The position numbers and the translations under genes are program-made. From Tubulanus polymorphus (taxonomy: Eukaryota; Animalia; Nemertea), in assembly GCF_964204645.1 (NCBI RefSeq), contig NC_134028.1, forward strand, positions 1,922,001 to 1,986,000: 64,000 nt of DNA. The letters are read 5' to 3'. Shown here one piece after another: positions 59,279-64,000 of this stretch. The notes under the pieces are model-generated. The model saw only the letters and a list, made by a program, of their open reading frames with translations. It had not been told where the DNA came from and ran no database searches. Every line of letters begins with the position of its first letter. Within the stretch, counting starts at the first letter, position 1.

Positions 59279-60247
59279 ATGTTAAGTGCTGCTGAACCAG
59301 CTAAAATCGAAGAGATTGAGGATGGTGATGAGGTAGCGTGAAAATATAGTTTCTAATTCGTTTTTTTTTTGTTCAAATAGTAAAATGATTTGTTCACATT
59401 CAAGAAGGAACAATCCAATCCAACTAGATTTTATTCAACCGGTTTAGATTTGGTAGAATATTGAAGGGCTTGAATTGTACATAATTGCATTAATTACACT
59501 TTACCGAATCAAAAAGGCCGCTTTCTGCTGTGTCCAGGGGCCGGTTGCATAGTCATGACTTATATTTAAGACCAACTTAGTTCTATAGCCAATCTAACAA
59601 CTTAAGACCAGTCTTGAGATTTACGACCACTTTTGGACTTAAGTCACGACTGTGCAACTTGCCCCAGGTACGGAAAACTTAATAATTTCGATCATGAATG
59701 TTACTCTGTTTATTTCCAGGATTTCGATGATGAGACGTTGACCGAACGATTAATCGGTTTAACGGAGATGTTTCCGCCGACTCTAGCGAACGTTGTATCG
59801 TCTGCTGTGAATCTGTCGGTATCCGCGGTGAAAGGAGCGTATTCGTACGGTCGATCGGGAATGTGGGTGTTCGCTTCATCGGCGACCATTTTAGTTCTGC
59901 CGTTAATGTTCGAAATGGAACGATCTCAAATGGAAGAGCAACATCAGCAACAACAAAGACAGGTTCGAATTTGGGTTGCTTTTTAGTTTTTCTTAAGTTG
60001 TAGGCATATGTGTCTGTGATCAGTCAAACTAGTTAAGTCGCTAGTAGCTGGAATAATCATTACGATGACTTCTCCACTTACATTCAGTAAAAAGAATTAC
60101 ACAAATTGGGATTCACAGAAATATTAATGACTTAAGAAGTGACGACTTTTGTTTTTGTAGATTTTATTGGGACCAAATGCAGCCGTTTCAGGGAGCCAAC
60201 CAATGGGAGCTATGCCAAATCTAATGAGGATGCCTAACAGTCAATAA
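59279..60247 (+). CDS. TOMM22: Mitochondrial import receptor TOM22, 3 exons
   Basis: Exons 59279-59332, 59720-59962, 60161-60247; DETLTERLIGLTEMFP, TM WVFASSATILVLPLMFEMER, QQRQILLGPN. Confidence 0.96.
59538..59664. mobile_element. MITE, CAG TSD (GGNCCRGTT family) in TOMM22 intron 1
   Basis: CAG|GGGCCGGTTGCATAGTCATGACTTA...TAAGTCACGACTGTGCAACTTGCCC|CAG. Confidence 0.85.
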
Positions 60248-61066
60248 CAGAGATTAAAAGACATTTAGTCGAGGAAAGGTATTTAAGTTTCCTCCATGAA
60301 GACAGTTTTGGAATGGATCGCTAGTGATTGAAATACGTAGTTGGATGTTTGTTAGTCCGAGTGATACACTAATATCGTATTGTACATTATCAGTGAAATG
60401 AGTTTTTAAATTAAAAGTGCCTGTATAGAACAAATCAAATCGAACCTTATTTCTCTTATATTTTCCCTTGTTTCATGGGATAATGATGGCTTCATGACTC
60501 TGCCCGAGTAGACCGCAAAATACAATGACATCAGCCAATGAACTGGTATGAGGCCCACCTTATCTGCTTTAATGTCAGTGGTCCAGAATTGCAACGCCAA
60601 CTGACGGAGGATGATTTGCTGTCATAAATAATGTTTGGTCAACCTCAGTTCAGTCGTGATCACATTTTTTAGTCCTAATTTGTGTTTCTAATTCAACTTT
60701 TTACAGTCCACGAGTAACAAGTTATCCAAAGTTGAATGTACCAGATGACATTTTCCTCACAACTAACAAGATAAGAAACATATGACTGAACTGAGAGAGA
60801 AATTTATTACATCATTTATTTATAACAGTATTCACCAAGCCTTAAATAAAAATTGACTGAAGTATCAACTCTAATTTTCCTGTAAATCCATAATAACCAA
60901 TGACAGTTTGCAAAAAGTTTCGCCAGAACCCCACAGCACCACGGTGATTACAATGTAAATTCATACATTTAAGAATCGCCTGAAATTGAAAACGATATTC
61001 AACACTGATTCGCGCAGAACGCAAAGGCTATTTATTCATGAGGTTTTGAAGGCTTACTTTTGTAAA

Positions 61067-62813
61067 TCATTTTGGAGTCAATGGTTGGAAATGTTGATAA
61101 TAGCTACGCGTGACTTCAATCATCAGATCTTGAGTACATTCTGGTAATTCACTTGAAAATTTACCTGAAATAAGGAAAAACTTATTTACAGTATTTGTTC
61201 GGCATCTAACAGGGTTCATACTGGTATTCGTTACGTACCTGGTGACCCAGAGAACAGGGTAAATGGTGGAACAACTGTTTCTGGTGGCAGAACTGTATTA
61301 TCTGCAATCGCGCAACAATCTTTCAGCACACACCTGCGACCCTACAAATATTAGTTCTTATATCATTCTTTTCCAGTAGGGAGTAATGACTTGCAATGGA
61401 ACATTTTTGGAGCGAACTAAGTTTTAAGGTATTGGGCTTCATTTTGGAACTAGGGGTCCACCAATAATGATGAAATGCTTTATAATCGGACAATTTCAAT
61501 ATTCAACGCCCCCTGGTTAACAAATAGAGAAACCAATGACCTAGAAATGCACCTAAATCATAGAACATGTCATGGGCTACAACTTTACTATTAATAGTGG
61601 GTATAAGATATACATAGGAACTAATATAAGAATAAACAAACAGTGTCTGATTTAATATCTAATGGTGCATCCGGGATGGATACATGTATCAACACAATCC
61701 GATGAAGCATCTTCTAAACTTTTCTGTGAGGGCTGAAAATGTTTACTTACTATCACACAGTTTTTGCCAATGTGAACATATGACCCAACTTGCGCTGCGT
61801 TGACTATCGTATCCTGATCAATGAACACGTGATCACCGATATGAAGTGGGAAAAATGCAACTCTGCAATAAAGATACGAAGTGGCTACTCGTACGGACCC
61901 GTACGAATAATTCCGTAGGCTATTCGTACGCATCCGTCGGATAACTCTGGAATTATGTGTACGGGAAGTAATAGGGTTAGGGTAAAGTGAGGCAATATGT
62001 AGTTAAAACATTCGACCGACTGTCAGCGAGCTCGGTGGTCTAGTGGAATGATGCTGCGCTAGTAATTTACTAGCCCGGGTTCGAGTCTCGCTCGATCCGC
62101 TATTTTTCTCTAACTCTATTCTCCACACTTTTCTTGAATTTTCTAAGTCGTGCACCTCTGTACGCATGCGCGGCGTTAATCGGCCAATCAGCGACAGTTA
62201 TTAGCGTATCCTAGTCCCGTACGAATAGTCTCTAGAGTAATCCGTACGGGTCCGTACGAGTTTTCTCTTTTTCCCAGAATTTTCTATTCAATCAGGAGAT
62301 ATCCGGATAATGACGTTAATCAGGATAATGTCATTCGTGTTGGCAAAATATGCACTTCCTATAAAAACGAAACGGAGCATATTTTTCTTACCCCTTGGAA
62401 AATTTTTTGAACGCAGGTCGTATAACGGCTTTGTTACTGATAACGCAATGTCGTCCGATTCGCACATTTGCCAAATCTCCACGTATTATACAGTCGGCCA
62501 TGATAATTGTCTGAAATTTAAAAATCAATTCACGAGCGAAGTGCAAGTGAACCCTATATACCACCGCCATTGATCGTCACAATTTCACCTCTAATTTGGT
62601 ATAATTCCTTACCTTGCCATTAAGGACGATATTCTGACTGCCACACAAAACCGATTGTCGACTAACTTTATTTCCGGACGCCTTGAAAAAAAAACGATCA
62701 TTACATTTCTCCAAAAAAGAATAAAATAATGAATTGAATTTAACTATAAATATCCAAATATTTACCGTTTCTATGTATTCCGGCTTGTTGTAATATTTAT
62801 CAGACAGTTCCAT
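61067..62813 (-). CDS. DCTN5: Dynactin subunit 5 (p25)
   Basis: [88 protein letters not shown]. Confidence 0.97.
61887..62261. mobile_element. TIR element carrying a TTAGGG-like tract and a tRNA-like segment, in a DCTN5 intron
   Basis: 19-bp inverted ends ACTCGTACGGACCCGTACG; second inverted pair CTATTCGTACG/CGTACGAATAG; internal AGGGTTAGGG. Confidence 0.75.
62028..62099 (+). pseudogene. tRNA-derived segment (Pro/Gly-like), not a foldable tRNA
   Basis: A box TGGTCTAGTGG, B box GGTTCGAGTC with T-arm pairing; anticodon and acceptor stems are broken. Confidence 0.55.
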
Positions 62814-63384
62814 ATTTATCTGCGTTTGTCTACGTATTTGATGATGATAGAATGTTAGTAGATTACGCCTATAAAACCGGCATTGCTGCGAATGTTTTAG
62901 AATACCATTGACAGTTCGGTTCCATGTTATAAGTCCAAAACACAGTCCACTACATAGCGGCAACCAGGAAGTAATTTTGCGGGAATTCCCAAATCTTTAG
63001 ACATTTTCCATCAAAATATTTCGGTATTCGATGACAAATATGCGTGAAAATAGCGTCGTTTTTGGGCCGGGATCAATGAATCTGTTTAGAATATACGTCG
63101 AATCAGATGGTATGCGATGACCTGAAATTTTAACTGGTTCTTCAACAAAAAAGTAATTAGATGACAACAGATAATATCCGAATTGAAGGTAAAGTAATTT
63201 GACCCTCTCTCTAGTCTAGTCGGGCAATTATAGATAAATAACAACATAACAAAGTAACTTTACTGGATCTATCAAAAATTTTCCCACATAAAATCACAAG
63301 TAAGTTGCTGATTAAGATATGGATTTTCGAAACAAATATCTGAATTGATTTGTTCATTTTCAGAGTAATAATTATACGAGGAGT

Positions 63385-63981
63385 ATGGCAGAGCACTATA
63401 TCATCCATGCATCTGATGGTCATCAGTGGGCAGAATTCCTCCGTTCTAAATTACTTAAGATCAGAAAAAACCTGAATGTGAAACTGGAGAACATTGACGA
63501 GTTGTTTCTTGTTCAAAGTGCTACAAGAATCAAAATTCAAGAAGCGAAAAATGTTATGTTTCTATTAACTTCCTCATTCCAGAATAAACTGAGTGCGAGT
63601 TCAGAAGATGTTTATTCGATTGAAAATTTATTGAAGAATCGATTCACTGAGGAAAGTGAAGGAATTTTAAATTGGCCCTTCGCGATTTTGCTCGGTCTAT
63701 CAGAGGAAGAATTTGTCGATGAAATCGGACAGAAAAATATCGAAAAACTACCGCGGTTCCGCAACTGGACGAAAGTACGAATACAACCAGACGTTGATGA
63801 AACGGGCGTAAGAAAAATTACGGAACGTGTATTGGAATTGATCGAAGGTAAACGACAGGCACCGATTACAGGTGATGGTGGCCGGAGACCGAGCGGTCAA
63901 GAGCTTCCACCGAGCAGGACATCATCACTCAAACGGAAAGGATTCACAGTAAAATTGATTCCATCGACGGTTTGTAAAGGA
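63385..63981 (+). CDS. PIK3AP1: First coding exon of a PIK3AP1/BCAP-BANK1-like adaptor (TIR domain then start of DBB domain); gene runs out of the window
   Basis: Own translation of 199 codons: MAEHYIIHASDGHQWAEFLRSKL...AKNVMFLLTSSF...AILLGLSEEE...LPRFRNW...FTVKLIPSTVCKG|GTAAG; acceptor TTTCAG at 63363. Confidence 0.65.
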
Positions 63982-64000
63982 GTAAGTTTATTCGTATACC

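Noticed and set aside
62028-62099. Functional tRNA gene
   Set aside because: Acceptor and anticodon stems do not pair; it sits inside a TIR element.

Overview
A 64-kb, AT-rich, gene-dense stretch of animal (invertebrate-like) genomic DNA with mostly short GT-AG introns. The taxon cannot be fixed from the sequence alone. Eleven protein-coding genes were reconstructed by eye: a MOLO-1/TPM-like secreted-protein gene (first exon only), MCRIP/FAM195, COX18, an intronless ARNT, CCHCR1, METTL5, ADRM1, ERCC6/CSB, PAPSS, TOMM22 and DCTN5. A twelfth, a PIK3AP1/BCAP-like TIR-domain exon at the right edge, is missing from the ORF track. Ten of the twelve sit in five head-to-head pairs. The apparently empty 40.5-58.7 kb region appears to be the 5' region of PAPSS. 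It holds several short phase-0 candidate first coding exons, only one of which (MDMEVKKRKL) carries an NLS-like motif. Other points of interest: a 9-bp-TSD non-autonomous transposon inserted exactly on a METTL5 splice donor and rebuilding it; an in-frame 4-codon uORF ahead of ERCC6; a 111-bp METTL5/ADRM1 spacer with an inverted 11-mer; a Penelope-type hammerhead-like motif; a CORE-type SINE; and several MITE families. Gene names come from recalled motif similarity, not database searches, and all exon joins are predictions.
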